Counted from the first letter of the stretch, positions 17,618 through 27,241 are shown. The stretch is DNA of 37,284 bases from a bacterium (GCA_021785395.1 JAJYFO010000004.1:1-37284), one strand, 5' to 3'. Program-made: numbers and translations. The notes: generated by a model from the sequence alone, not told the origin.

Positions 17618-17986
17618 ATGAAAGTACTTATAATCGATGATGATGAGGATAGCCGGTCAATAGCCCGCTTAAGCCTAGAAAGTCTTGCCAATGCGCAGGT
17701 AAGCGAAGCGTCTGGCGGTCAAGAAGGTTTTGACCTGGCTAATAGCGATAGACCTGATGTTATTTTGCTCGATTTACTAATGCCAGAAATGGACGGTCGC
17801 CAGACGTTTCAGTTATTAAGGAGCAACGCTAATACAGCCAGCATACCTATTATATTTTTGACGATCAAAGGTATGTTTGACGAGTTTGATGATTTAAAGG
17901 CTAATAGTGATGTCTTAGTAGATTTAATCGTTAAACCTTTTGACCCAACTTTTTTAGCTCAGCAGATTCAAAGAATTTTAATATAA
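17618..17986 (+). CDS. single-domain response regulator (CheY-like receiver) 1
   Basis: IIDDDED, ILLDLLMPEMDG, IIFLTIKG and VKPFDP: all receiver signature residues are present. Confidence 0.9.
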   Translation: MKVLIIDDDEDSRSIARLSLESLANAQVSEASGGQEGFDLANSDRPDVILLDLLMPEMDGRQTFQLLRSNANTASIPIIFLTIKGMFDEFDDLKANSDVLVDLIVKPFDPTFLAQQIQRILI

Positions 17987-18086
17987 AAATAATTAAAAAA
18001 CTTAACCCTTGAGTTGCAATTAAGGGTAAAATATTAATAGTAAATATAATACACTTGGCGTCCCTTTTTTAATTCGTAGGTGATAA

Positions 18087-18452
18087 ATGAAAGTATTAAT
18101 TATTGATGATGAAGAAGATACTCGCTCTATAGCTAGTATGAGTCTGAGTCTGCTTGGCGGGATAGACGTTATTGAGGCAGATTCTGGCGCTGAAGGCATA
18201 AAAAAGGCCTCTAGTGAAAACCCGGACGTCGTATTACTTGACATGATGATGCCGGTTATGGACGGGGCCCAAACTTTAAACCAGTTACTTACTAACGAGC
18301 AAACCAAACACATCCCTGTTATTTTTCTCACTGCCAAAGCTATGTCGACGGAAATCGACCGATTGAAAAGGCTAGGCGCTAAAGGTGTCGTTACTAAACC
18401 ATTTGACCCGACTATGTTGGCTTCTCAGGTGCAGGCTATTTTGGAGTCGTAA
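18087..18452 (+). CDS. single-domain response regulator (CheY-like receiver) 2, paralog of 17618..17986
   Basis: IIDDEED, VLLDMMMPVMDG, VIFLTAKA and VTKPFDP. Shares the N-terminus MKVLIIDD.ED.RSIA with receiver 1. Confidence 0.9.
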   Translation: MKVLIIDDEEDTRSIASMSLSLLGGIDVIEADSGAEGIKKASSENPDVVLLDMMMPVMDGAQTLNQLLTNEQTKHIPVIFLTAKAMSTEIDRLKRLGAKGVVTKPFDPTMLASQVQAILES

Positions 18453-18459
18453 ATAATCT

Positions 18460-20142
18460 ATGCAGGCTTGGCAGAGTTCGTTTAAAGAAATTCAAGAACA
18501 GTATTTAAAAAACTCGAGAGAAAGAGTTAGTAATTTAATTGAATTACTAAGCCTGGTCAATCAAGACCCGGAAAATTACCAAATATTGAAAAAGCTAGCC
18601 CATCATTTTCATGTTTTGGCCGGTTCAGGAACGATGTACGGTTTTCCCAAAGTTTCTCAACTAGGCTTAGATGGTGAAAAATTTTGCGAACAGTATACGT
18701 CTAAATCTTATTCTACTAGCTTAAAACCAATTGATACGGAAAAATTGAAAGAGATTATAAATGGTATAGTAGCAAGTTTTGAGAACTCAGCTGGTACCAC
18801 TCAAACTACCCCTGATACTTTAAACATAATTGGTAATACACAGAAAAAACTAGCCAGTAAAAGTACCATTTTATTTGTCTGCGATAATCCTGAAGAATCG
18901 ATTCTAATTCGTGAACCTCTCTCTAAACTGCCATGCGATTTGTTGATCTCGACGACTTTGAATCATGCTTTGAACGAACTAAGAAAAACCAAAGTTAGTG
19001 CGATGATTATTAAACTCCCTCATATTAGTGGCGACGTATACGATTTTGTAGAAAAAATCAGGTCTAACGAAACACTTAAAGACTTGCCAGTTTTGTTTGT
19101 AAGTGACCGGGCGGAATTCTTAGATAAAGTGCGTTCGATACATTGTGGCGCTGACGGGCATTTTGATTTTAGCCTTAACCAACAAGCTTTTACTAATAGA
19201 TTGTTGCATTTATTAAAAAAACAATCGCGTGACCCTTATAAAATATTATCAGTAGAAGACGATATAGACCAAGCCGCTTTTATAAGGGTGTTTTTAGAGT
19301 CGGTTGGTTATCAAGTTAAAACCTGTCCCCATCCAAAAGATTTTGAAAATACTTTGTCGTCTTTCCAGCCCGACTTAGTGCTATTAGACGTTAATTTACC
19401 AGAGGTTAACGGTTACGAATTGGCTAAATATTTACGTCAGGATGAGCGCTATGCCACTTTGCCAATTTTATTTTTAACTACCGAATCAAAATTAGAAGCC
19501 AGGGTCGAATCGGCCTTATCTGGAGCTGACGACCATTTGGTCAAGCCAGTGCCACCAGCTTTGTTACTTTCTTCGGTCTCAGCTAAATTAGAGCGGTCAA
19601 GCTTTTTAAAATCGTTACTGCAAAAAGACGCTTTGACTCAATTGTTGAATCACTCAGCGCTTATGGAATTTGCCAAAAAACTTATATCCAAGGCCAACCG
19701 TAATAATCTGCCTTTGGTTTTAGTAATGTTTGACCTCGACTTTATGAAATTAGTCAACGAAAAATACGGTTTTACGACTGGTGACAGAGTTTTAAATAAT
19801 TTGGCTAATTTATTAAAAAAACGCATCCGTCAGTCAGACGTTGTTGCCCGCTATGGCCTTGATGAATTTGCCATTATAGCTGAAGGTATTAACCTAGAAG
19901 AGGCATTGGCTTTGTCTAATCGTATAGTCAAGGAATTTGCCGCAATTAAGCAAAGTGTGGCCAATCAGCCCGGCTTTTTTGTAACTGTAAGTGCTGGTAT
20001 CAGTTTGTTTGACCAAAATAATATGAATTTGGTTAAATGGTTTGAATGCGCCAACCAAGCTCTTAAAATAGCTAAAACATCTGGTCGAAATCAGGTTATA
20101 GTTTATGACAGCAATAAATCAAATTTGAGTTTATTTTCTTGA
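18460..20142 (+). CDS. Hpt - pseudo-receiver - receiver - degenerate GGDEF (GLDEF) protein
   Basis: Hpt-like HHFHVLAGSG (His51 at 18610..18612). First receiver has Lys185 where the acceptor Asp should be (AMIIKLPHISGD, 19012..19014). Second receiver is canonical (LVLLDVNLPEVNG, Asp310 at 19387..19389; LVKPV). GGDEF domain reads RYGLDEF (19855..19869) with RQSD five residues upstream (19828..19839). Confidence 0.85.
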   Translation: MQAWQSSFKEIQEQYLKNSRERVSNLIELLSLVNQDPENYQILKKLAHHFHVLAGSGTMYGFPKVSQLGLDGEKFCEQYTSKSYSTSLKPIDTEKLKEIINGIVASFENSAGTTQTTPDTLNIIGNTQKKLASKSTILFVCDNPEESILIREPLSKLPCDLLISTTLNHALNELRKTKVSAMIIKLPHISGDVYDFVEKIRSNETLKDLPVLFVSDRAEFLDKVRSIHCGADGHFDFSLNQQAFTNRLLHLLKKQSRDPYKILSVEDDIDQAAFIRVFLESVGYQVKTCPHPKDFENTLSSFQPDLVLLDVNLPEVNGYELAKYLRQDERYATLPILFLTTESKLEARVESALSGADDHLVKPVPPALLLSSVSAKLERSSFLKSLLQKDALTQLLNHSALMEFAKKLISKANRNNLPLVLVMFDLDFMKLVNEKYGFTTGDRVLNNLANLLKKRIRQSDVVARYGLDEFAIIAEGINLEEALALSNRIVKEFAAIKQSVANQPGFFVTVSAGISLFDQNNMNLVKWFECANQALKIAKTSGRNQVIVYDSNKSNLSLFS

Positions 20143-20194
20143 TTTTTTAGTCTACAAATTCACTATCTGTTTTTTTTTGCTAATTGTTTTATTG

Positions 20195-21367
20195 TTATAT
20201 CGTGTTGATGTTTTTCAAAGCGTAAAATTGCCCAAGTTTTATGATAGCGTCAAAATTACCTTTTTTGGCTGCTTCATAGTACAGTTCTTCCGCTTTGGAA
20301 AAACTTTGGCTAGCTCCGCCGATACCTTCTAAATACATTTGAGCCAGAAGGTACTGCGCACTTGGGTCATTTTTGGAACTGGCCTTTGATAATAGGTCAA
20401 AGGCTTTAGTGTAATCCTGATTAACGTTATCACCGTTAAAATATAATTTACCTAAAACCGTCTGTGCCTTTTCGTCATTTTGCAAACTAGCCTTTGTCAG
20501 TAATTCGACACCTTTTTTAGGGTTATCTTTAACAAAGATACCTCTTAAATACAATACCCCAAGGTCTCTTTGAGCCCTTGAGTAACATTGGTTGCTCGAT
20601 AATTCAAGCTCTTTGATGGCCATATCAATATTTTGTTTGACACCACTGCCTTTTAGATACATAAACGATAATTCATACTGAGCCTCAGATAGGTTTTGTG
20701 AACTAGCTTTATTAATAAGGTCGAACGCTTTTTTGGGGTCTTTCTTGACCACTTGTCCATTTAAATACAACATCCCCATTACTAATTGAGCGTAAGAACT
20801 GGTATTAACGACTTTATTTAGTAATGATAAAGCTTTTTCGTTATCCTGTTTGCAGCCAATACCAGACAAATAAAACTGTGCTAACGATACTATACCTATC
20901 GGGTCGTTTTGCTGGCTTGCTTCCTTAGAATATTCAAAGGACTTTTCATAGTTTTGTTCGACTAATTTACCGTCGTAATACATGGTACCAAGCGAAACTT
21001 TGGCATAAGGGTCATTTAGTTTTTCAGCCTTAGTATAAAAGTCAAAAGCCTTTTGAAAATTGACTTCTACACCTTGTCCTCTATAATACATGTCACCTAG
21101 GTAGCACAATGCTTTTGAATTACCTAATTTGGCGGCTTTATTGAACCAATAATACGCTTTTGTATAATTCAGTGGTACATTATCGCCCATGTAATATTTG
21201 AAGCCGAGGTCAAACTGAGCTGTAGCATTATTACTGCTAGCCAATTTTTCAAGTTCAATTAAACTTGTGTTGTGATTATTATCCTGCGCTTGAACATAAT
21301 TTGGCAGTAAAAAAGCCAAACTTATAAATAGCATAAACAGTTTCTTGAGCTTATTAAAAGTTGTCAC
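20195..21367 (-). CDS. secreted Sel1-like repeat (SLR/TPR-family) protein
   Basis: GTG start with AGGAG 6 nt upstream. Signal peptide LFMLFISLAFLLPNYVQAQ. About nine ~36-aa repeats of the form A..LG.MY..G.GV..N..KA...Y.KAA. Confidence 0.85.
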   Translation of the reverse strand: MTTFNKLKKLFMLFISLAFLLPNYVQAQDNNHNTSLIELEKLASSNNATAQFDLGFKYYMGDNVPLNYTKAYYWFNKAAKLGNSKALCYLGDMYYRGQGVEVNFQKAFDFYTKAEKLNDPYAKVSLGTMYYDGKLVEQNYEKSFEYSKEASQQNDPIGIVSLAQFYLSGIGCKQDNEKALSLLNKVVNTSSYAQLVMGMLYLNGQVVKKDPKKAFDLINKASSQNLSEAQYELSFMYLKGSGVKQNIDMAIKELELSSNQCYSRAQRDLGVLYLRGIFVKDNPKKGVELLTKASLQNDEKAQTVLGKLYFNGDNVNQDYTKAFDLLSKASSKNDPSAQYLLAQMYLEGIGGASQSFSKAEELYYEAAKKGNFDAIIKLGQFYALKNINTI

Positions 21368-21420
21368 GTTAATCTCCTTGGTTTATAGTAGGAATATGTA
21401 TTAAACACGTAAAGACAATT

Positions 21421-21918
21421 TTATGACTCGGTATTTTCGTTATCTTTAGCTGTTGGATTTTCAGATGAATCGCTACTTTCTGATTCAGATATGTCAATTC
21501 TTTCACCACATACCGGACAGAAATTCTTATCTAAGCTAATATCACTTTTACAAGATTTGCATTTTGAACCTGGTGTCGTTCGGTAACCAGCTTTAGCTTT
21601 AGCTTTTTGACTGGCTGGGGCATTAGGGTCGTTTTGCGCTTTGATTTTATTTAACTCTTCATTAAGCAAAAATATTTCATCGTCAATTTTATTGATATCT
21701 TTAACTTTTAATTTAATTTCTTCTTCGTTCAAGCTATCGTTTTTGTTAAATTTATTAAGTACATACCTGCCGATATCAATTAATATTGTGAGCCGTTTTC
21801 TCTCTAAGTCTTTGATTTGATTATTTAAGTTGAAAGTTTGCAGCATATCTTGAGATAGGTTTTTGACTTGATTGACTTCTTTGGTTATTCCTTGAAAGAT
21901 TTCTTCGATTATGGCCAT
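21421..21918 (-). CDS. coiled-coil protein with a C-terminal zinc ribbon
   Basis: N-terminal heptad-like K/E/L-rich region. CKSC-x10-CPVC at aa 120-137 (nt 21508..21561), then an acidic/Ser tail. ggagaa upstream. Confidence 0.65.
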   Translation of the reverse strand: MAIIEEIFQGITKEVNQVKNLSQDMLQTFNLNNQIKDLERKRLTILIDIGRYVLNKFNKNDSLNEEEIKLKVKDINKIDDEIFLLNEELNKIKAQNDPNAPASQKAKAKAGYRTTPGSKCKSCKSDISLDKNFCPVCGERIDISESESSDSSENPTAKDNENTES

Positions 21919-21944
21919 ATAGTTTTTCTCCTCATTTAAAATAA

Positions 21945-23528
21945 TTAAATACTGGCTAGATTTTTAGCAATTTTAACCTGATTTCGACCGTTTTTTTTAG
22001 CTTCGTAAAGTGCTTCATCAGCCAGATTGAAAAGGGATTCCATGTCGTTTGCTTGGGTTGGGTAACTGGCTAGACCAAGGCTGGCTGATATTAGTCCTGG
22101 ACCATCTATATACACTTCATTTATTAATTTTCTTATTCTTTCAGCAATTTGTAAGGCCATTTCGCCATCGGTATTAGGAAGTATAAGGCAAAATTCTTCG
22201 CCACCGTATCTGGCTGTAAAATCATTGGTCCGGCAGTTGTTTTTTAGTACTTTGGCAATTGCTATTATGGCTTCATCACCATATTTATGGCCAAAATTGT
22301 CGTTAATTTTTTTTAGATGGTCTAAATCAATTACAATCAACGATAATATTTCCTGGTATCTTCTGGCTCGTTCAAATTCTTTGGTTAGCGCTTCGTTAAA
22401 GCTTCGACGGTTAAAAATTCCGGTTAAACCGTCTGTTACTGCCTGCTGTTTAATAACGTCACGCAAATAGGCGTTTGTTAAAGTTACACCTAAAATGCCT
22501 GATAATGTCGTTAATAATGATATTTGGTCAATTGACCAATTGACATTGTTATCGATGTTATTTAGAATAAGCACTGCTTGCGTTGTATCACCGGAAATTA
22601 TGGGAATTATTAAACTGGAATTTAAATTGAGTTCACTCACAAAATCTTTGTTTATAGAATCTAGACCTTCGATACTATAAAATTCTTGCGGTGATTTTAG
22701 TTTAAATAAAACTTCTACTAAATCATTTGTGTAAGTATGTTCAAGTATTTTGGCTATAGAATTATCTGAGTTTCCAGTAAACTCAAAAATATTATTCTTG
22801 AGTTTATTTTCGATATTTTTACTTAGGATTAAAATACAATTACTTAGATTATATTCCTTGCCAATAGACCCGACAATTGCGTTAGCCACATCTTCAATCT
22901 CTTGATATTCTGCGGCTTTACTGCTAATAAAATAAATTATTTTTTCACGGCGTAAATTTTCAAAAATAAAACAGTCTTTGTAATTTAATTTATTGATTAT
23001 ATTTCTGGTATCTTCGGTTAATTTTAAATTTTGGTTTTCTAAATCTTCGTATCGGTTTCTTAGTCTATTGGTTGCATTCCTTAATTCATTAAATTCGTAT
23101 ACATTGCTAAAAGCTTTGGCTAATGGGAAAGAATTTAATAAATTGATTAATTTTTCACGGTCTAGAGTTTTTAATTCATTAAAAACTAAACCACCTAACA
23201 ATTGGTTTTCGAAATTAAATACTTGATACAAAACAGTTTTTGTTTTGTTCTTAATATCAATTATTTTGTTTAAATCAGTTAAACTAAGGTTCGATTCTAT
23301 AAAGTCTTGTTTTATGAAATATTTACTGTCGCCGTAATTAATTATTTCTCCCACGCTTTCTAAATCTGGGTCGTAAAAAAAAACTTGCAAAAAAATTAAT
23401 GAATCATCTATGGTTTTAAAAAATTGCCATAAATTTTCACCGAATTTGCTAAACTCAAGGTCTAGTAATAAATTAGCTTTATAATCAAGTAAATTTAATT
23501 GTGGATTAGAATTTGAAGTGATATTCAT
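21945..23528 (-). CDS. GAF-domain diguanylate cyclase (GGEEF active site, RxxD I-site)
   Basis: GAF-like end SLIIPIISGDTTQAVLIL...LLTTLSGILGVTLTNAYL. TDGLTGIFNRR, DLDHLKKINDNFGH, and RTND-x5-GGEEF (GGEEF at nt 22191..22205). Confidence 0.85.
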   Translation of the reverse strand: MNITSNSNPQLNLLDYKANLLLDLEFSKFGENLWQFFKTIDDSLIFLQVFFYDPDLESVGEIINYGDSKYFIKQDFIESNLSLTDLNKIIDIKNKTKTVLYQVFNFENQLLGGLVFNELKTLDREKLINLLNSFPLAKAFSNVYEFNELRNATNRLRNRYEDLENQNLKLTEDTRNIINKLNYKDCFIFENLRREKIIYFISSKAAEYQEIEDVANAIVGSIGKEYNLSNCILILSKNIENKLKNNIFEFTGNSDNSIAKILEHTYTNDLVEVLFKLKSPQEFYSIEGLDSINKDFVSELNLNSSLIIPIISGDTTQAVLILNNIDNNVNWSIDQISLLTTLSGILGVTLTNAYLRDVIKQQAVTDGLTGIFNRRSFNEALTKEFERARRYQEILSLIVIDLDHLKKINDNFGHKYGDEAIIAIAKVLKNNCRTNDFTARYGGEEFCLILPNTDGEMALQIAERIRKLINEVYIDGPGLISASLGLASYPTQANDMESLFNLADEALYEAKKNGRNQVKIAKNLASI

Positions 23529-23669
23529 TATAAGTAACTAAAAGGGCTTTTAGAATTACAATAGACAAATTTACGAAAACTTTCACCTATTTAAAATTTA
23601 TATACCCTTTAAAATTATTTCTTAACCATAAGTTTTAATATTTTTAAGTTTTTAACTGGCTTGTTTTGA

Positions 23670-24485
23670 TTAGTTATTTACTAATTCTCGAGCCCTTTTA
23701 GCTGCCAGAACGACCGCCTTGATTAATGTGACCCTAAGTTTTCCCTCTTCCAGCTCCATTAGACCATCGATTGTGCATCCAGCTGGCGTTGTTACCATAT
23801 CTTTAAGCAAGGCAGGGTGAGATTTTGAGCTTAATACCATGGAAGCAGCTCCCAACATAGTTTGGGCTGCAAGTTTGGTTGACACTTCACGAGAAATTCC
23901 AAGTTTGACGCCAGCTTCTGCCAAAGATTCGATAATCACATAAAGGTAGGCTGGTCCACTAGCTGATAGGGCTGTTACCCCGTCCATTAGGTATTCGTCG
24001 ACAATTACGGTTTCGCCTACGACTTCGAAAATGGAGCTAGCCAATTGTAAATCTTCTTTGGAGCAGTTGGCTGAGGCGCTCAGAGCCGTCATACCTTTAT
24101 TAATTACACAAGGTGTATTGGGCATAGCCCTTATAATAGGAATTTTTTCGGTTAGCCTCTGGGCTATAAAATTTGTTGTAATACTGGCAGCTACAGAAAT
24201 TATTAGTTTAGACCCATCAATATATGGGTTGATTTGAGTCATTAAGTCAGACATATTTTGCGGTTTAACTGCAATAATCAAAACGTCACTATTTTTTACC
24301 AAATTAATATTGTCGTTGCTGACGTTTATGTTAAAAACCTTTTTTACTTTTTCAATCGATTCCAAGTGGTTGACTGTGCCAATGATATTATTGACAATAC
24401 CAGGATTATTTTTAATAAGTCCAGAAATTATGGCCTGTCCTAATTTACCTACGCCAATTACGCCAATTTTTTTTGTAACTTCCAT
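23670..24485 (-). CDS. proC: pyrroline-5-carboxylate reductase
   Basis: KIGVIGVGKLGQAI Rossmann N-terminus, IRAMPNTP, and the C-terminal dimerisation motif VTTPAGCTIDGL. Confidence 0.92.
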   Translation of the reverse strand: MEVTKKIGVIGVGKLGQAIISGLIKNNPGIVNNIIGTVNHLESIEKVKKVFNINVSNDNINLVKNSDVLIIAVKPQNMSDLMTQINPYIDGSKLIISVAASITTNFIAQRLTEKIPIIRAMPNTPCVINKGMTALSASANCSKEDLQLASSIFEVVGETVIVDEYLMDGVTALSASGPAYLYVIIESLAEAGVKLGISREVSTKLAAQTMLGAASMVLSSKSHPALLKDMVTTPAGCTIDGLMELEEGKLRVTLIKAVVLAAKRARELVNN

Positions 24486-24691
24486 TAAAAACCTCTCTTT
24501 TATTAATATTGTTAACTTTTTATACTTAAGATTAGCATTATTTTTTAAATTTTACTTAATAAAAATGTTTGATGGTGCAAAATTTACGCTAGTTAACCTC
24601 GAAAAATAATATAATTGTGTAAAATCATTTAAGTTTGAAAATTTTTATGGTTGGGAACAAATGACTTGTTAGATTTAAAGGAGAATAAGTT

Positions 24692-25108
24692 GTGAAGATA
24701 TCCAAATTTATGTTTATATTTAGTTTAGTGCTTTGTCAAGTGACGCCTAGTTTTGCTGAAAGTAGCAGCGAACCAATGGATATGATTGGCAATACGGCAG
24801 CTATTCCGACACGGGTTAGTGGTGTCGCGGCTGGAATGTTATTAGGTTGTCCAATAGCAGCTCTTAGGTATTCGTTAAAAAACTATGTAAATTACACCGA
24901 AGTTTCAGCGGATAAAGTAGGTTCAAAAATTGGCGGTAAAGACAATGGGCCAACTTGTGCTGTGGTTAGTTTAGCCACTTTACCAGCTGGTGTAGTTGTT
25001 GGTTCCTTACAAGGTGTTTACTATGGTACGAAAAACGCCTTTACCCACGGTTTTAACGAACCATTTAATGCTGATTCGTTCACGCTTGGTAGTTTAGACG
25101 AAAAATAA
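24692..25108 (+). CDS. hypothetical secreted/membrane-associated small protein
   Basis: GTG start with AAGGAG 8 nt upstream. Signal peptide MFIFSLVLCQVTPSFA. Gly/Ala/Val-rich hydrophobic segments. Followed by a strong terminator. Confidence 0.55.
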   Translation: MKISKFMFIFSLVLCQVTPSFAESSSEPMDMIGNTAAIPTRVSGVAAGMLLGCPIAALRYSLKNYVNYTEVSADKVGSKIGGKDNGPTCAVVSLATLPAGVVVGSLQGVYYGTKNAFTHGFNEPFNADSFTLGSLDEK

Positions 25109-25139
25109 AAATTGAGTAGATTTTAATTGATTAAACAAA

Positions 25140-25174
25140 AAGCAAGGCATGCGAATTTATGTCTTGCTTTTTTT
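25140..25174 (+). terminator. rho-independent terminator after 24692..25108
   Basis: 11-bp stem aagcaaggcat / atgtcttgctt (one G-U pair), 8-nt loop gcgaattt, then a T tract to 25174. Confidence 0.8.
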
Positions 25175-25320
25175 GATCACATATTTATTACTTCAAAAAC
25201 TGCTATCATGCCATTTTATACTTTTGTAAAATCTGAGCTTTGTGGAAACAAAATATTGAATTTATACGTCCATATTAAAATATGATTAATTCAGGATGCA
25301 AATAACTTAAGGAGTTCGAT

Positions 25321-25992
25321 ATGGCGAAAATACTTTTAGTTGAAGACGAATTAGACCTTGCCATGCTAATCAAAAATTGGCTTACCTCAGAATCTCACTT
25401 AATTGAAATAGAAAATGATGGACAAGAGGCCATGTACCGGCTGTCGATAAATTCTTACGATTTGATAATATTAGATCTAATGCTACCAAACCTAGACGGC
25501 GTCAGGATTTGTCGCCAATTTAGAGAAAAACAAGGTTCTATTCCTATACTCATGATTAGTGCCAAAAATACAATCGACGATAAAGAAGTCGGGTTAAATG
25601 CTGGAGCCGACGATTATTTAACTAAACCATTTCATTTAAAAGAATTAGCAGCCAGAGTTAGAGTCTTATTGAGAAGGCCTCCACAAATGCAAAATCAAAA
25701 ACTTACAGTTGGCGAAATTACTTTAGATACGCTTGCTTGTACCGTAAGTAAAGGCGAACAAGTTGTCCATTTATTGCCAAAAGAGTACCGTTTGCTAGAG
25801 TTCTTAATGCGTCATCCCAATCAGGTATTTTCATCTGAATCTTTATTTATGCGTGTTTGGGAATCTGATACTGCTGCTAGCCTTGACACTGTCCGAGGTC
25901 ATATTATGAGAATTCGCAGTAAACTTGATGATTCAGCGCAAGACTCGATAATTCAAACTGTACGCGGATTAGGTTATAAAATTCGTAACTAA
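25321..25992 (+). CDS. OmpR/PhoB-family response regulator (receiver + winged-helix DNA-binding domain)
   Basis: ILLVEDE, LIILDLMLPNLDG, LTKPF; C-terminal LLPKEYRLLEFLMRHPNQVFS...VRGLGYK. AAGGAG upstream. Confidence 0.92.
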   Translation: MAKILLVEDELDLAMLIKNWLTSESHLIEIENDGQEAMYRLSINSYDLIILDLMLPNLDGVRICRQFREKQGSIPILMISAKNTIDDKEVGLNAGADDYLTKPFHLKELAARVRVLLRRPPQMQNQKLTVGEITLDTLACTVSKGEQVVHLLPKEYRLLEFLMRHPNQVFSSESLFMRVWESDTAASLDTVRGHIMRIRSKLDDSAQDSIIQTVRGLGYKIRN

Positions 25993-26005
25993 TTAAGATG
26001 ATTAC

Positions 26006-27241
26006 ATGCTTTATAAATTAAGACTCAGATTAACGCTATGGTTTGTTAGTCTTTCTATTTTGCTGTATTTAATCTTAAGCATTTTATTTATATTGGTATT
26101 TAATCATTTACTTACCGATTTGTTGAATGAAGAATTAAGAGGATTACTGCGAGAAATCAGACCATCTATCGTCTATATTGATAATAAGCCGACTTTAAAA
26201 ACTTGGGCCAGTGTTGCAAAATCTTTTTCAGTTAAATTGCTTGCTACTATACAACTTTATGGAGCTGATGGCAAGTTACTAGAAGAATATGGACCAAGTG
26301 GAGCTAAAGGTCTGTATAAAGGTGTTATTAATTTTAGACCTAAGCAAGATTTGCCAAGCATTTTATCGTATTACCGGGATTTAGAAATCAACGATAAATA
26401 TTGTGGCTTTTTACAAATTCAATTGTCGACTAAAACAAGAGACGATGCGCTTAACAGGTTAACCTGGACGATTGCTATCATTGCGCCATTTCTGCTAGCT
26501 GGCTTGGGTATAACCGGTTATTTCTTCTCGGCTACGGCTATTGAACCAACTGAAAAGAGTTTTCAGGTCCTACGCCAGTTTATGGCCGACGCTGGCCATG
26601 AATTAACAACACCTTTAACAGTAATACAAGCTTCAATAGAAACTATAGAAAATGGTCAGTCAACGAATAATATGGATCCTGAAATAATTTCTGTTATGCT
26701 ACGCTCAATTACTAGAATGTCAGATTTAGCCAGAGATTTAATGCTGTTGGCTAAAATGGAAATACCGCAACTAGTGTTAGAAATGAAACCAGTTAGCTTG
26801 GCAAATGTATTGAAAATTATTTATCTCGATTTTAAAGAATCTTTTGAACAAAAACGTATTAATTTTAACCTTACTATAAATACTGAAAAATCAATTTTAG
26901 CTCATGAAGAATCTATAAGAGCGCTTATCAATAATTTATTGCAAAATGCTTTAAGGTATACTGATAACGGTGGTAGTGTAAGTTTAAGTCTGGAAGAAAA
27001 AAATAACCACATAATACTTAAGGTTAAGGATACCGGAATTGGTATTCCGAAAGAAAATATACCTTATATTTTTAATCGTTTTTATCGTGTGGAAAAATCA
27101 AGGTCTAGAGCACAAGGAGGTTCTGGTCTGGGATTGGCCATTGTTAAAGCTGTCTGTGAAGCGCATAATGCTTTAATTAAAGTTGATAGCGACATAAATA
27201 TTGGTACTACTTTTACAGTCAGTTTTGCAATTATAACATAG
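26006..27241 (+). CDS. sensor histidine kinase partner of 25321..25992 (2 TM, HisKA, HATPase_c)
   Basis: H-box ADAGHELTTPLTVI. NLLQNALRYT, KDTGIGIP, and GGSGLGLAIVK. 13-nt gap after the regulator gene. Confidence 0.9.
   Translation: MLYKLRLRLTLWFVSLSILLYLILSILFILVFNHLLTDLLNEELRGLLREIRPSIVYIDNKPTLKTWASVAKSFSVKLLATIQLYGADGKLLEEYGPSGAKGLYKGVINFRPKQDLPSILSYYRDLEINDKYCGFLQIQLSTKTRDDALNRLTWTIAIIAPFLLAGLGITGYFFSATAIEPTEKSFQVLRQFMADAGHELTTPLTVIQASIETIENGQSTNNMDPEIISVMLRSITRMSDLARDLMLLAKMEIPQLVLEMKPVSLANVLKIIYLDFKESFEQKRINFNLTINTEKSILAHEESIRALINNLLQNALRYTDNGGSVSLSLEEKNNHIILKVKDTGIGIPKENIPYIFNRFYRVEKSRSRAQGGSGLGLAIVKAVCEAHNALIKVDSDINIGTTFTVSFAIIT

Noticed and set aside
18005-18027. Hairpin ACCCTT-n11-AAGGGT between the two receiver genes as a terminator
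   Set aside because: The stem is only 6 bp with an 11-nt loop and no following T tract. That is insufficient to call a terminator.
18020-18337. 105-aa ORF antisense to the second stand-alone receiver
   Set aside because: The sense frame has every receiver signature residue. The antisense ORF is a shadow of it.
24310-24609. 99-aa plus-strand ORF (and 24031..24237, 24258..24443) over the proC start region
   Set aside because: It is antisense to a clearly recognisable proC N-terminus (Rossmann motif) and continues into promoter DNA.
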